Origin: an uncultured Poribacteria bacterium
GTDB lineage: Bacteria > Poribacteria > WGA-4E > WGA-3G
Direction of reading: 5' to 3'
NCBI GenBank assembly: GCA_958296135.2
Contig: CATQHZ020000001.1
Coordinates: forward strand, 3,072,001 to 3,136,000
DNA length: 64,000 nucleotides
In this document: in pieces, positions 1 to 9,397 of the stretch
How positions within the stretch are numbered: the first letter of the stretch is position 1
How the letters are laid out: every line of letters begins with the position of its first letter
The notes under the pieces: model-generated
Seen by the model: the letters and a program-made list of their open reading frames with translations, nothing else
Told to the model about the DNA's origin: nothing
Database searches by the model: none
Program-made: the position numbers and the translations under genes

Positions 1-17
1 GCGCTTTGATGAAGTTT

Positions 18-133
18 CAGTCTGAAATCGGGCAATGTTGCTGGGCGGCCCGCAGCGTCTCTGCGGCTATTGCGCTCAACTGTAAGGGCTTATTTTTAGA
101 TTCGCCCGCCGGTTAAAATGAACCGATTCATTT
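18..133 (+). repeat. ~115 nt structured element, homologous to 60308-60426
   Basis: Aligns by eye with 60308-60426 (tgaaatcgg...gggcgg..gcagcg..ctgcggc..taagggc..ttcgcc..ccgat); nested stems; directly 5' of a CDS. Confidence 0.65.
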
Positions 134-172
134 CTGACGCGCCCGTTAATCAACGATAGGGAGACGAATTTC

Positions 173-1243
173 ATGAGTCAAAAAACGTATCGTGCCGCGG
201 CGATCGGGCATACCGGTGCCGGCAACTTCGGGCACGGCTTACATATCGCCTATAACAACTTGGACAACGTTGAATTTATCGCCGTAGCAGACCCGGATGA
301 AGCCGGCCGCGAAAAGGCGATGGCGGATACGGGTGCCGTGCGCGGCTACGCCGATTACCGCGACATGTTGGATAAGGAGACATTGGACATCGTCAGCGTC
401 TGTCCGCGTTGGGTGCCGGAGCATCTCGCTATGGTGACCGGCTGCTTGGAAGCGGGATGCAACGTCTACTGCGAAAAGCCGATGACGATGTCCCTCGCCG
501 ATGGCGACAAAATTGTGGAGACAGCGAACGCGCGCGGCCTAAAAGTCGCCGTGGCGCATCAGGCAGTTTATCTCCCCGCGACGCACGCAATCAAGCGGAT
601 GCTTGACGATGGCAAGATTGGCACCGTGCAGGCCATCTACGCCAGCGGCAAACAGGACCATCGTGGCGGCGGCGAGGACATGATTACCCTCGGAACGCAC
701 ACGTTCAATATGATGCGGTTTTTCGTCGGCGATGTCGCGTGGATGCAATCCCACGTGACAATCAACGGCAAGGAGGTTGCGCACGGCGACGCGCATGAAC
801 CCACCGAGCCTGTCGGACCTGTCGCAGGCGACTGTGTTAACAGTTATTTCGCCTTCAAGAACGGCGTTTCCGGCTTCTTTTCGTCAAGACGTGCTCAGAG
901 GGGCACCGGGCGTTACGGAATGGAGATTGTCGGTAGCGAGGGCATCTTATCCCTCCGCGGCGATGTTGCCAACCGACTCATGGTTTATCCGTATCCGGTC
1001 TTGTTGCCCTCCAATCCTGCGCAAGAGTGGGAGGCGATGGATCTGGACGACACGCCGTTCTCGCAAGGCAACGAGCTCGCTATCCGTGATCTGGTTGATG
1101 CGATAGAGAACGATCGGAAGCCTATCTCTGCCGCCGAGGATGCTGTCGCCGCGTTGGAGATGATTCTGGGGGCATACCAATCGCAACTCACGGGGCAGCG
1201 CGTCCCCTTCCCGATTGCAAACCGCGAGCATCCGTTCAGTTGA
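173..1243 (+). CDS. Gfo/Idh/MocA family oxidoreductase
   Basis: N-terminal Rossmann fold, CEKP motif, GTHTF; GGGAG RBS. Confidence 0.9.
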   Translation: MSQKTYRAAAIGHTGAGNFGHGLHIAYNNLDNVEFIAVADPDEAGREKAMADTGAVRGYADYRDMLDKETLDIVSVCPRWVPEHLAMVTGCLEAGCNVYCEKPMTMSLADGDKIVETANARGLKVAVAHQAVYLPATHAIKRMLDDGKIGTVQAIYASGKQDHRGGGEDMITLGTHTFNMMRFFVGDVAWMQSHVTINGKEVAHGDAHEPTEPVGPVAGDCVNSYFAFKNGVSGFFSSRRAQRGTGRYGMEIVGSEGILSLRGDVANRLMVYPYPVLLPSNPAQEWEAMDLDDTPFSQGNELAIRDLVDAIENDRKPISAAEDAVAALEMILGAYQSQLTGQRVPFPIANREHPFS

Positions 1244-1261
1244 TAAGACCGCAACCGTCCA

Positions 1262-1390
1262 CGGCCTGTAGCGCGAGGGACAGGCGATCGCGAATCGCCG
1301 GGCCCTCGCCCTACGGCGGAAGGCCCTACCGTCACGGCATGGCGAGGGAAACCCTCGGCGATTCGCGATCGCCGGGCCCTCGCCCTACGG
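1262..1390. repeat. Cluster of GTAG-type REP-like palindromes (family A, GCGAGGGACAGGCCCTCGCCCTAC and variants)
   Basis: Several copies of gcgaggga...ggccctcgccctac between convergent genes. Confidence 0.85.
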
Positions 1391-2104
1391 GATGAGGCGC
1401 GATTTCCGAACACCGTTTTCATACCGCACTTCGTAGGGGCCCTCTGGCACATCCATCGCTCGGATAGCCAGTTCGCCGAACGTGATGAGCTGCTCCGAAA
1501 GCAGGAGCAGCTCATCCAGCGATTCCTGCGGAGTCTTGTCTGTCGTGTCCAAAATGATCTTGCGTCCTTTTTGGGCAAACAGCGATTTGTCAATTTCCTC
1601 GTCAAACAGGCGTTTGAGTTTCGGGATATCCGCTGCCCTGATAATCTGATACTCGTGCGGGTTGGTTTCCATCCGTTCCCGAATCGCCGCATCGCTGGCG
1701 GTGACATGGATCAACACCACATCCGGCAGCCGCGCTTCAATGACTTGGGTTTCGTAGCCTCGCTGCGCGTTATAGTGGTAGTTTCCGTAATAGGGGCTCT
1801 CCGGCTCATCGCCGTAGAGGGAGGTGTAGACAGCCTCCTCAATGTGCCATCCTGCGATGAGCGTGTTCGGATAGTTCTTGATTACCTCAACGTGATATTG
1901 GAGTTGCATCCGTTGCATCCGTTCCTTCACGTCGGCGGGGAAATCCACGTATGCGGCTCTAGATGCCGGGCTGAGCGTTGCATCGGGAATGGTAAAATGG
2001 TCATCGACGTGCACCGCCAGTTGCCGGTGGCGGTAATAGTCTGTCAACAGGTCGATCAGCGTCGATTTTCCTGCGTATTCTATGCCGACAAAAATGCATC
2101 TCAT
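1385..2104 (-). CDS. P-loop nucleoside/nucleotide kinase-like protein
   Basis: N-terminal GIEYAGKST Walker A; thymidylate-kinase-like layout. Confidence 0.65.
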   Translation of the reverse strand: MRCIFVGIEYAGKSTLIDLLTDYYRHRQLAVHVDDHFTIPDATLSPASRAAYVDFPADVKERMQRMQLQYHVEVIKNYPNTLIAGWHIEEAVYTSLYGDEPESPYYGNYHYNAQRGYETQVIEARLPDVVLIHVTASDAAIRERMETNPHEYQIIRAADIPKLKRLFDEEIDKSLFAQKGRKIILDTTDKTPQESLDELLLLSEQLITFGELAIRAMDVPEGPYEVRYENGVRKSRLIP

Positions 2105-2190
2105 GAGAAGTTACCTCGTTTGATGGATTTGTTGTTACACTATTTAGCATGAAGTGGGGAAATTGTCAAGTAGTGGGTTTCTGTATTCAG

Positions 2191-2337
2191 GAGCATTTAG
2201 TTTTCAGTTTGCGATGTCACTCGTGAAAATCAACAACGGCCCCCTGCCTTGTAGGTGGAGATTCGCCGGCTCTTGACCTGTTTGCGCTCCGGCGCGCTCA
2301 TCGCAACCTGCAGATATGGGACAACTGAATGTCTCTA
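2191..2337. repeat. Putative MITE-like element with imperfect terminal inverted repeats
   Basis: gagcatttagtt...aactgaatgtctc; related end sequences at ~34748 (cagcatttagtttcccatttctg) and ~45060 (cagaaatgggataactaaatgtctc). Confidence 0.45.
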
Positions 2338-2353
2338 GCTGTTTATTTGGGGC

Positions 2354-2382
2354 TTGACAATTGCCCCGTTATAGGGTATAAT
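2354..2382 (+). promoter_or_regulatory. Consensus sigma70 promoter with an inverted repeat over the -35
   Basis: TTGACA-17 bp-TATAAT; GGGGC-TTGACAATT-GCCCC palindrome. Confidence 0.85.
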
Positions 2383-2534
2383 AACTTGAATCTAAAGAAG
2401 GTTAGAGAGCCTTGGTTTGCGCAAATCAATATGGACTATCGGGCGTTGGCCCGTGAAGAGGCGGGAACTTTCGTCTGGCCTTGGCTCGGCATGTGAGGCG
2501 GATCCGACAACCGATTTAAGACACGGAGGCACAC

Positions 2535-2846
2535 GTGAAATACGTTCATACGATTGAGTATCTGGATTTCCTTGAAACCTATACTGCCCACATCCAAAAA
2601 AACGGCGAGGGTTGGCTCGGGTGGATACAGGAAGTCCCCGAAGTGAAATCGCAGGACAGCACGCACGAAGCGGTGCTGAAATCTCTCAAGATTGAACTCC
2701 ATGAATTCTTAGAGGCGGACTGGGAGGCATGGACGCAGCAATTTGAGGAAGACGTGAAAGCCGGCAGGCTGGATAACCTTTTCGATAAGGCTCTGGAGGA
2801 TTTACGCGCCGGGAGGTGCACCGAGCTGGCCGTTACACAAGCATAG
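2535..2846 (+). CDS. HicB-like antitoxin family protein
   Basis: YTAHIQKNGEGWLGWIQEVPEVKSQ..T HicB-like N-terminal fold; GGAGG RBS before GTG. Confidence 0.65.
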   Translation: MKYVHTIEYLDFLETYTAHIQKNGEGWLGWIQEVPEVKSQDSTHEAVLKSLKIELHEFLEADWEAWTQQFEEDVKAGRLDNLFDKALEDLRAGRCTELAVTQA

Positions 2847-2988
2847 ACGCGCATCAGAAACTTTTGGAAAAGTGATATGGAACATATCCTTTGGAATTGG
2901 GTTGGTAAACCTGGCGAATACATGAGGCGAATCTGATAGCCGAAATCTTGTAGCTGTTGCCCGTTTCATAATCAGGAAATTCACTATC

Positions 2989-3975
2989 ATGCTAACAATT
3001 GGTGCCCTCCACATCCCCGATTTCCCGTTGTTGCTGGCCCCGATGGAAGATGTCAGCGACCCGCCGTTTCGCGCCGTTTGCAAAGAGAACGGCGCGGATT
3101 TGATGTATACCGAATTCATCTCCGCCGAGGCACTCATCCGTTCTGCCGCGCGGAGTATGGCGAAGCTTGACATCTTTGAGATGGAGAGACCTGTCGGCAT
3201 CCAGATCTTCGGGCACGATATCGCGTCCATGCGCGCATCCGTGGAAATCACCGAACGCGTCCAACCCGATATCCTTGACATTAACTACGGCTGCCCTGTG
3301 AAAAAGGTGACGTGTAAAGGTGCCGGCGCGGGCATTCTTCAGGATATCCCCAAGATGGTGAAGATGACTGCCGAGATAGTGAAAGCGACTTCGCTGCCTG
3401 TCACCGTCAAAACGCGGCTCGGTTGGGATGAAAATACGAAGTATATCGTTGAAGTGGCGGAACGGTTGCAGGATGTGGGCATCCGCGCCATCGCAATTCA
3501 CGGCCGGACGCGAAAGCAGATGTATAAAGGCACGGCGGATTGGACGCTCATCGGCAAGATTAAGGATAACCCGCGCATCACAATCCCGGTTTTTGGGAAC
3601 GGCGATGTGGATAGTCCGCAAAAAGCGGCGGAAATGCGGCAAAAATATGGCGTTGATGGCATCATGATCGGACGCGCTGCGATAGGATACCCGTGGATTT
3701 TCAGCGAGATCAAACACTATTTCGCCACGGGTGAACTGCTCCCGCTGCCCTCCATCGACGAACGCATTGCGGTGTTTCGGAAGCACCTCGATTTTTCGGT
3801 TGAGTGGAAAGGCTTAAAACTGGGGCTTATTGAGATGCGCCGTCACTACGGGAACTATTTCAAGGGTATCCCGCACGTGAAGCCGTTTCGCACCCGCTTG
3901 GTTCAGGCGGATAGTTACGATGACGTTATGGCGATTGTGGAAGAACTCCGCGCGCATGCAAAGTTATGCCTGTAA
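2989..3975 (+). CDS. dusB: tRNA-dihydrouridine synthase B
   Basis: LAPMEDVSD, DINYGCP, IHGRT, GNGD, MIGRAA motifs. Confidence 0.92.
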   Translation: MLTIGALHIPDFPLLLAPMEDVSDPPFRAVCKENGADLMYTEFISAEALIRSAARSMAKLDIFEMERPVGIQIFGHDIASMRASVEITERVQPDILDINYGCPVKKVTCKGAGAGILQDIPKMVKMTAEIVKATSLPVTVKTRLGWDENTKYIVEVAERLQDVGIRAIAIHGRTRKQMYKGTADWTLIGKIKDNPRITIPVFGNGDVDSPQKAAEMRQKYGVDGIMIGRAAIGYPWIFSEIKHYFATGELLPLPSIDERIAVFRKHLDFSVEWKGLKLGLIEMRRHYGNYFKGIPHVKPFRTRLVQADSYDDVMAIVEELRAHAKLCL

Positions 3976-4098
3976 TGCCAGATTTCTATATCTGTCCGTT
4001 CTCTCAGCGAGAAAAACTGCTTGACAGAAAATACAACTCCTTTTATCATATAAAAAAACGATATGAGGAGGAGTCGCGATCGGGAGATCGCTCCTACA

Positions 4099-4965
4099 AT
4101 GGATAAAATACCCTTTATGAAACTCAGCGGTGCGGGGAACGATTTTGTAATTATCAACAATCTGGAGAATATCGTTGATAGCACCGACACAACCTTCGTG
4201 AAAAAGGTGTGCGAACGCCGGATGTCGGTTGGGGCTGACGGTGTGTTGCTCGTTGAAAAGGCGGACGGGATGGGTCCCGGGAGGGCTCGCCTACCCGCAG
4301 AGGGGGAAGGTGTCGATTTTCGGATGCGCTACTTCAATGCCGATGGCGGCGAAGTGGAGACGTGCGGCAACGGGGCGCGGTGCATCTCTAAATTCGCTTA
4401 TCTGAACGGCATTGTCCCGGAGCAGATGCGCTTTCTGACGAACGCCGGCATCTATGAATCTGAGATAGTCGGCGATAATGTCAAGGTTCGCATGAGCGAT
4501 CCGACGGACATTCGGCTCAACGTTCCGCTTCGCTTGACAGACAGGGTGCATACCATCGGCTTTGCGAACAGCGGCGTGCCGCACGTCGTCTTTTTTGTCG
4601 ACGACTTGGAAGGCACAGATGTCTTCGACCTGGGGCAACAGACCCGCTACCACACCGATTTCACGCCTGCTGGCACCAATGCCAACTTCATCCGCATTCA
4701 GTCATCGGAACGGTTGGATATTCGGACGTATGAACGCGGCGTTGAAGATGAGACACTCGCCTGTGGCACCGGTTCGATTGCCTCTGCCATCGTTTCTGCT
4801 GCATTGGGGAAGGTTACGTCGCCGGTTTCTGTCAAGACAGCGAGCGGCGTTGTGCTGAAAATCCATTTTGATATGTCAGATGGTGAGCCGAAAAACGTCT
4901 ATCTGGAGGGCGATGCTCGGGTTATCTACGCGGGCGAATTGACAACCGATGCGTGGAATTATTAA
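4099..4965 (+). CDS. dapF: Diaminopimelate epimerase (with a REP-derived in-frame insert)
   Basis: GAGNDF, CGNGARC, GVPH, ERGVEDETLACGTG; start chosen at MDKIPF. Confidence 0.93.
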   Translation: MDKIPFMKLSGAGNDFVIINNLENIVDSTDTTFVKKVCERRMSVGADGVLLVEKADGMGPGRARLPAEGEGVDFRMRYFNADGGEVETCGNGARCISKFAYLNGIVPEQMRFLTNAGIYESEIVGDNVKVRMSDPTDIRLNVPLRLTDRVHTIGFANSGVPHVVFFVDDLEGTDVFDLGQQTRYHTDFTPAGTNANFIRIQSSERLDIRTYERGVEDETLACGTGSIASAIVSAALGKVTSPVSVKTASGVVLKIHFDMSDGEPKNVYLEGDARVIYAGELTTDAWNY

Positions 4966-5078
4966 TCGGTGTTTGGGAAATCGGGGCATGGCGAGGGACA
5001 CCCTCGGCGATTCGCGGTCGCCGGGCCCGCGCCCTACGTTTCGGTAGGCGCGCTTTGGATGCGCGCGAGGAGAATTTT

Positions 5079-5954
5079 ATGTTTCAAGGTTCTTATGTTG
5101 CACTGGTTACGCCGTTTAAGGACGATGAATCGCTTGACGAAGCGAAGCTGAAGGAACTCATCCGATTTCAGTTGGATGGTGGCACGCACGGCATCGTTCC
5201 GTGTGGGACTACCGGCGAGTCGCCTGCGCTCACTGAAGCAGAGCACGACAGGGTAATTGAACTCACCGTTGAGACGGTAAACGGCCGGGTGCCGGTTATC
5301 GCTGGTACTGGTTCTAACTCAACGACGCGGACGCTGCGCGCGACGCAGCACGCGAAATCCGCTGGGGCGGATGCCGCGCTGATCGTCACGCCCTATTACA
5401 ATAAACCGACGCAGGAAGGGCTCTACGCGCACTATATGACAATCGCCGACACCGTGGACATCCCGATTGTTATCTACAATGTCCCAGGGCGCTGCGGTAC
5501 TGACATCCTTTCGCCGACGATTGCTCGCCTCTCGGCGCATCCGAACATCGTTGGGCTTAAGGAGGCGACAGGCGAACTGAAACGCGCGAGTGAAGTCGTC
5601 AGCCTCTGTCCCGATGACTTTGTTGTCCTTTCCGGTGACGATGTCAACACGCTGCCTATCCTTGCTGTCGGTGGGAGAGGGGTTATCTCGGTTGTTGCGA
5701 ACGTCGCACCTGCAGATGTGGCGGAGATGTGCAACGCGTTCCACGCGGGCAATTGGGAGCTTGCGCGCAAGTTGCACTATAAGACGCTGTCGCTCGCTGT
5801 GAACCTGTTCATCGAGACGAACCCGATTCCTGCGAAGACAGCGTTGCAGTTGATGGGCAAGTTGAACGGGAAACTGCGCCTGCCTCTCGTGTCGATGGGC
5901 ATACGGAATGTTGATGTCGTGCAGAAGACGCTTCGAGAGGTAGGGTTGATTTAG
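5079..5954 (+). CDS. dapA: 4-hydroxy-tetrahydrodipicolinate synthase
   Basis: GTTGES, PYYNKP, YNVPGR, GLKEA; GAGGAG RBS before ATG 5079. Confidence 0.95.
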   Translation: MFQGSYVALVTPFKDDESLDEAKLKELIRFQLDGGTHGIVPCGTTGESPALTEAEHDRVIELTVETVNGRVPVIAGTGSNSTTRTLRATQHAKSAGADAALIVTPYYNKPTQEGLYAHYMTIADTVDIPIVIYNVPGRCGTDILSPTIARLSAHPNIVGLKEATGELKRASEVVSLCPDDFVVLSGDDVNTLPILAVGGRGVISVVANVAPADVAEMCNAFHAGNWELARKLHYKTLSLAVNLFIETNPIPAKTALQLMGKLNGKLRLPLVSMGIRNVDVVQKTLREVGLI

Positions 5955-6097
5955 GGCGGAATATGCCGATGAGCTCCGAATTAAGAAAAGAAATAGGTAA
6001 GTTTTTCTGCGGAAAACCAACGGGCGGATAGAGACATCCGCCCTTACCCTCCGAACGGCACAAGTTAGCTCTAATCCCAATAAAGCCGTTCATCCCG

Positions 6098-9000
6098 TCA
6101 ATCCTGATGCAGACGAAAGGCGGACAACCCCTCCACAATCTCCATCGTCTTTAAACTCACCGTAATTACCGAACCAATGAGGGCCACAATCGCCGCAGGG
6201 TTTTCTGCATCGTTCGCATCGTTGGTAATCTGGCTCTTATCATAGGTTTTGACGCGATACTGGGCGAGAAGCCAGTCTAACGCGGAACGGTTCCCTAACC
6301 GATAGGCTAACGCCTTTGCCGGAATGCCATCTAACGTGAGCGACTCGTTATAGATTAGCTGCGTCTTGTCCTTGGAGAGTTTCATCTGTTCCACGCGCAA
6401 ATTGAGGGCGTGTCCCTTTCTGATGGCCTTCAATTCATATTGCGGCTGCGCTTCGTAGTTGACGTGAAGTTCTGCGAGTTGCGCGCCCGCGTTCGCGAAG
6501 GCCCAGAAGTCTTCAACGAAAGGGATATGCGGCAAGTCGCGCTTGAGATCGGCGGTGTGACGTTCGCGGTAGTGCGGATGATGCAGGAGCCCGTAGATAT
6601 AGTTAAAAATATCCCACTTCGTGAGGGTGTCGTCGGCGTAATGCGCGCGGAATGCCGCCAGTGCCCAGTCGGTGATGTTTTCTCGGCGATTGGTGCCATC
6701 TTCATCGTAAACGTAGAACGGAAAGCACTGATTGGCATCAAGGGTAATAAGTGAGGTACTGAGAATAACATTTGCGACACAACACCAAAAAGGCGCGCGG
6801 CCGCCCGGTCCGGGGACACAAATCACCCGATTCTCTGCTTCGGTATCGGGCGTAGGGAAGATAGCGGAGAACCCAGACACGCTGTCATTGAGCGTCCTGT
6901 CAAAGAAGAGATTGGTTTTTGTGAAGGGGCGATAGAGAAAATGCCGCATCTTGTTTTCCGCGTATTCGGCGAGTCTACCGCGCTGCAACTTCGCTTTCAA
7001 ATCGCGGCTCCACTTGATGCGGGTTTCATCGTTATCGACAAAATTGTCAACATTTACGCCCGATTTGTCTGCTAAGCCTCGCCACTTGAACACCTCATCG
7101 TTATAGGCTCGACTCATCCGTTGGACGTTTTCTGCGAGTGCGTTTGGGTTGAAGTTGCAAACCCAAGCGTCCCGGCTAGTGTTGATGCCGGTGCTGTACG
7201 TGTGAAAAATGACACCTTGCGGTTCGATTTTGGCGCGCTTTGCCGCCTTGGTGCCCATCGGGATGAACGTCAAAAATTCGGGGTTGAGTCCTTCGGTGAG
7301 CCACGTGTGCCGTGCATCCGGTTGAAGCATTTGCCATGCAACATTGCCGATGTGTTCGGCTTGCGTGAGGAACTCGAATTTCTGGTTTTTGTTCCACGTG
7401 TCATTAGTGCGGAAGTAGAAGATACGCGCTGTTGAGGCCGGGGGGTTGCCCTTTTCTTGTGTCGAAGCCGGATCGTGTGTCAAGACCGGGAGGGCTCTCC
7501 TACCGGGGTTTTTGACGAACAGGTTGATGCTTACGCCGACGCGGATGCCGAAGACGTTTGCATCAGCAACGGGTGCGTCTTTCCGCGCGTTCCCCCCGAG
7601 GTCTACGATATAGAGTGCATCAAACTCTTGAGCGAGATGGTGTCGCATGCCGTCAAACGCCGTCGCGTCTAGGAAACTGTTGTTCGTGACGAAGGCGACA
7701 ATCCCCTCGTTGCCAATCCGGTCTGATGCGTAGCGGATTGCCTTCACATACGCGTCGTAAAGGGCACGTCTCAGTGTGGCTTGCGATGCTTTCACGTACG
7801 TCTCCTCGATTCGCGCGTCCATCGCGGGATATTTGCGGTTCTTGTTGTTATCGTTTTCGTTGGCTTGCCCGACGTTATAGGGTGGGTTGCCGATGACGAT
7901 AAACATCGGTGCAGCCTTCTGTTTCTCCACGCGCGCGGTATTCTCCTGCGTCAACAGCGACAACTGCCGGTTTTCAGCTAAATCGAACGTATCGACGAGG
8001 GAAATGCCTTCAAACGGGAGGTATTCCCCGGTGATGGCATAAAATTCATGTTCGATGTTGAGATTCGCCACATAGTAGGGCAATAACAGCAACTCATTGC
8101 ACCAGAGTTCGGTGCTGTATTTCGCCTTCAGTTTGAACGGGTCGAGCTCGCGCATCAGCCGTACGATGAAGTTGCCGGTGCCGACGAACGCATCGATGAG
8201 ATGCACGCCTGCGTCGGAGAGAGAACGCTTGAATTCGGTTTGGAGGAGATAGTCCACACTCTTCACCATGAAATCGACGATGGGCTGCGGGGTGTAGACG
8301 ATGCCGTGCGTATCGGCAATCTTCACGGAGAAGCCTTGGAAGAACTGCTCGTAGACGGTATTCAGGAAGTTCTGTTTCTGCGAGAAGTCGGCGAGCGTTG
8401 CAGCTTGGCGTTCGATTTCGCGGTAGAACGGGTCCAGTCGTCGGAGGAATTCGCCGCGGCTGTAGGCTTTGTCGAGTGGGCCTTTCAGCACCTTTTCGAT
8501 TTCCCGTGCGATGATGTTCCGGGAAGTGAAGTCTGGATTCTCGAACACGGTTCGGAAGATGCGTTCGGTGAGGAGGTGCTGGATGAGCATTTCCTCGACA
8601 GCTGCTTCAGAGAGGTTCGGGTTGATGGCGGCTTGGCAGAGGCGATGAAAATCGGCGAAGTCGGCGTGAAATTGCGGATTGGTTTTGTGCTGAGCCCGGA
8701 GGAGTTCGGCGGCTTCTTTGCCTAATTCGGGGACGAGCGTCTTGAAGTCGGCGACAGCGGCTTCCCAGTTGGCGGCATGTTCGCGTTCGTAAGAGAAGAA
8801 CGCTTTCAGCACAGTGACGAGCGTGTGGCGTTCGGTGATGTCTGCGTCCAGCACTTCTCTGCCATTCTGGTACAAAATGGCGCGTTCTGGCGTTTGGAAG
8901 AGGATGTTGTCCTGTGGGTACCCGGCATCGAACTTGGTTTGGATGTCTGCACGTAGATTTCCGTGAACGCCTTTTGCCTCCCAGGTGCCGCGAGGGAGAC

Positions 9001-9256
9001 TATATGCGTCAAGCAGCGCGCCATCAAGACGAATCACCGTAGCGCGGGGGCCTGTCCCCTGCGAACCTCCCGTAACTCGCAGCGTATATTCACAAACGAG
9101 CGTCCAGTTCAACTGTCGCGCGCCAACTTCAAGGAGTGCTTGAAAGGCGGCTCGCACGGCAGTTTCGTGGGTGATGCCGTGTTGTTGAAACCGGTCGAGG
9201 GCGGCGTAATAGGCGGTTATCGCTTTGTGGTTTGGTTTTATGTTAAGTGTTGGCAT
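6098..9256 (-). CDS. Single-chain restriction-modification enzyme (nuclease + N6-adenine MTase + Type ISP-like target recognition C-terminus, no helicase)
   Basis: N-terminal LDG...WEAK PD-(D/E)xK-like motif; GIVYTP, DAFVGTGNF, IGNPPY. Confidence 0.82.
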   Translation of the reverse strand: MPTLNIKPNHKAITAYYAALDRFQQHGITHETAVRAAFQALLEVGARQLNWTLVCEYTLRVTGGSQGTGPRATVIRLDGALLDAYSLPRGTWEAKGVHGNLRADIQTKFDAGYPQDNILFQTPERAILYQNGREVLDADITERHTLVTVLKAFFSYEREHAANWEAAVADFKTLVPELGKEAAELLRAQHKTNPQFHADFADFHRLCQAAINPNLSEAAVEEMLIQHLLTERIFRTVFENPDFTSRNIIAREIEKVLKGPLDKAYSRGEFLRRLDPFYREIERQAATLADFSQKQNFLNTVYEQFFQGFSVKIADTHGIVYTPQPIVDFMVKSVDYLLQTEFKRSLSDAGVHLIDAFVGTGNFIVRLMRELDPFKLKAKYSTELWCNELLLLPYYVANLNIEHEFYAITGEYLPFEGISLVDTFDLAENRQLSLLTQENTARVEKQKAAPMFIVIGNPPYNVGQANENDNNKNRKYPAMDARIEETYVKASQATLRRALYDAYVKAIRYASDRIGNEGIVAFVTNNSFLDATAFDGMRHHLAQEFDALYIVDLGGNARKDAPVADANVFGIRVGVSINLFVKNPGRRALPVLTHDPASTQEKGNPPASTARIFYFRTNDTWNKNQKFEFLTQAEHIGNVAWQMLQPDARHTWLTEGLNPEFLTFIPMGTKAAKRAKIEPQGVIFHTYSTGINTSRDAWVCNFNPNALAENVQRMSRAYNDEVFKWRGLADKSGVNVDNFVDNDETRIKWSRDLKAKLQRGRLAEYAENKMRHFLYRPFTKTNLFFDRTLNDSVSGFSAIFPTPDTEAENRVICVPGPGGRAPFWCCVANVILSTSLITLDANQCFPFYVYDEDGTNRRENITDWALAAFRAHYADDTLTKWDIFNYIYGLLHHPHYRERHTADLKRDLPHIPFVEDFWAFANAGAQLAELHVNYEAQPQYELKAIRKGHALNLRVEQMKLSKDKTQLIYNESLTLDGIPAKALAYRLGNRSALDWLLAQYRVKTYDKSQITNDANDAENPAAIVALIGSVITVSLKTMEIVEGLSAFRLHQD

Positions 9257-9397
9257 GGTTTTTAGTCTATCATAGTTTGCAATCAGATTGCAAGGAAAAA
9301 AGGCTGAATCTAGGGTGATATGGGCGGATAGAGATATCCGCCCTTACAGGTACTGCGCTGCAAATCTCAAATATGAGAAACAATCCGGCGCGATTTT

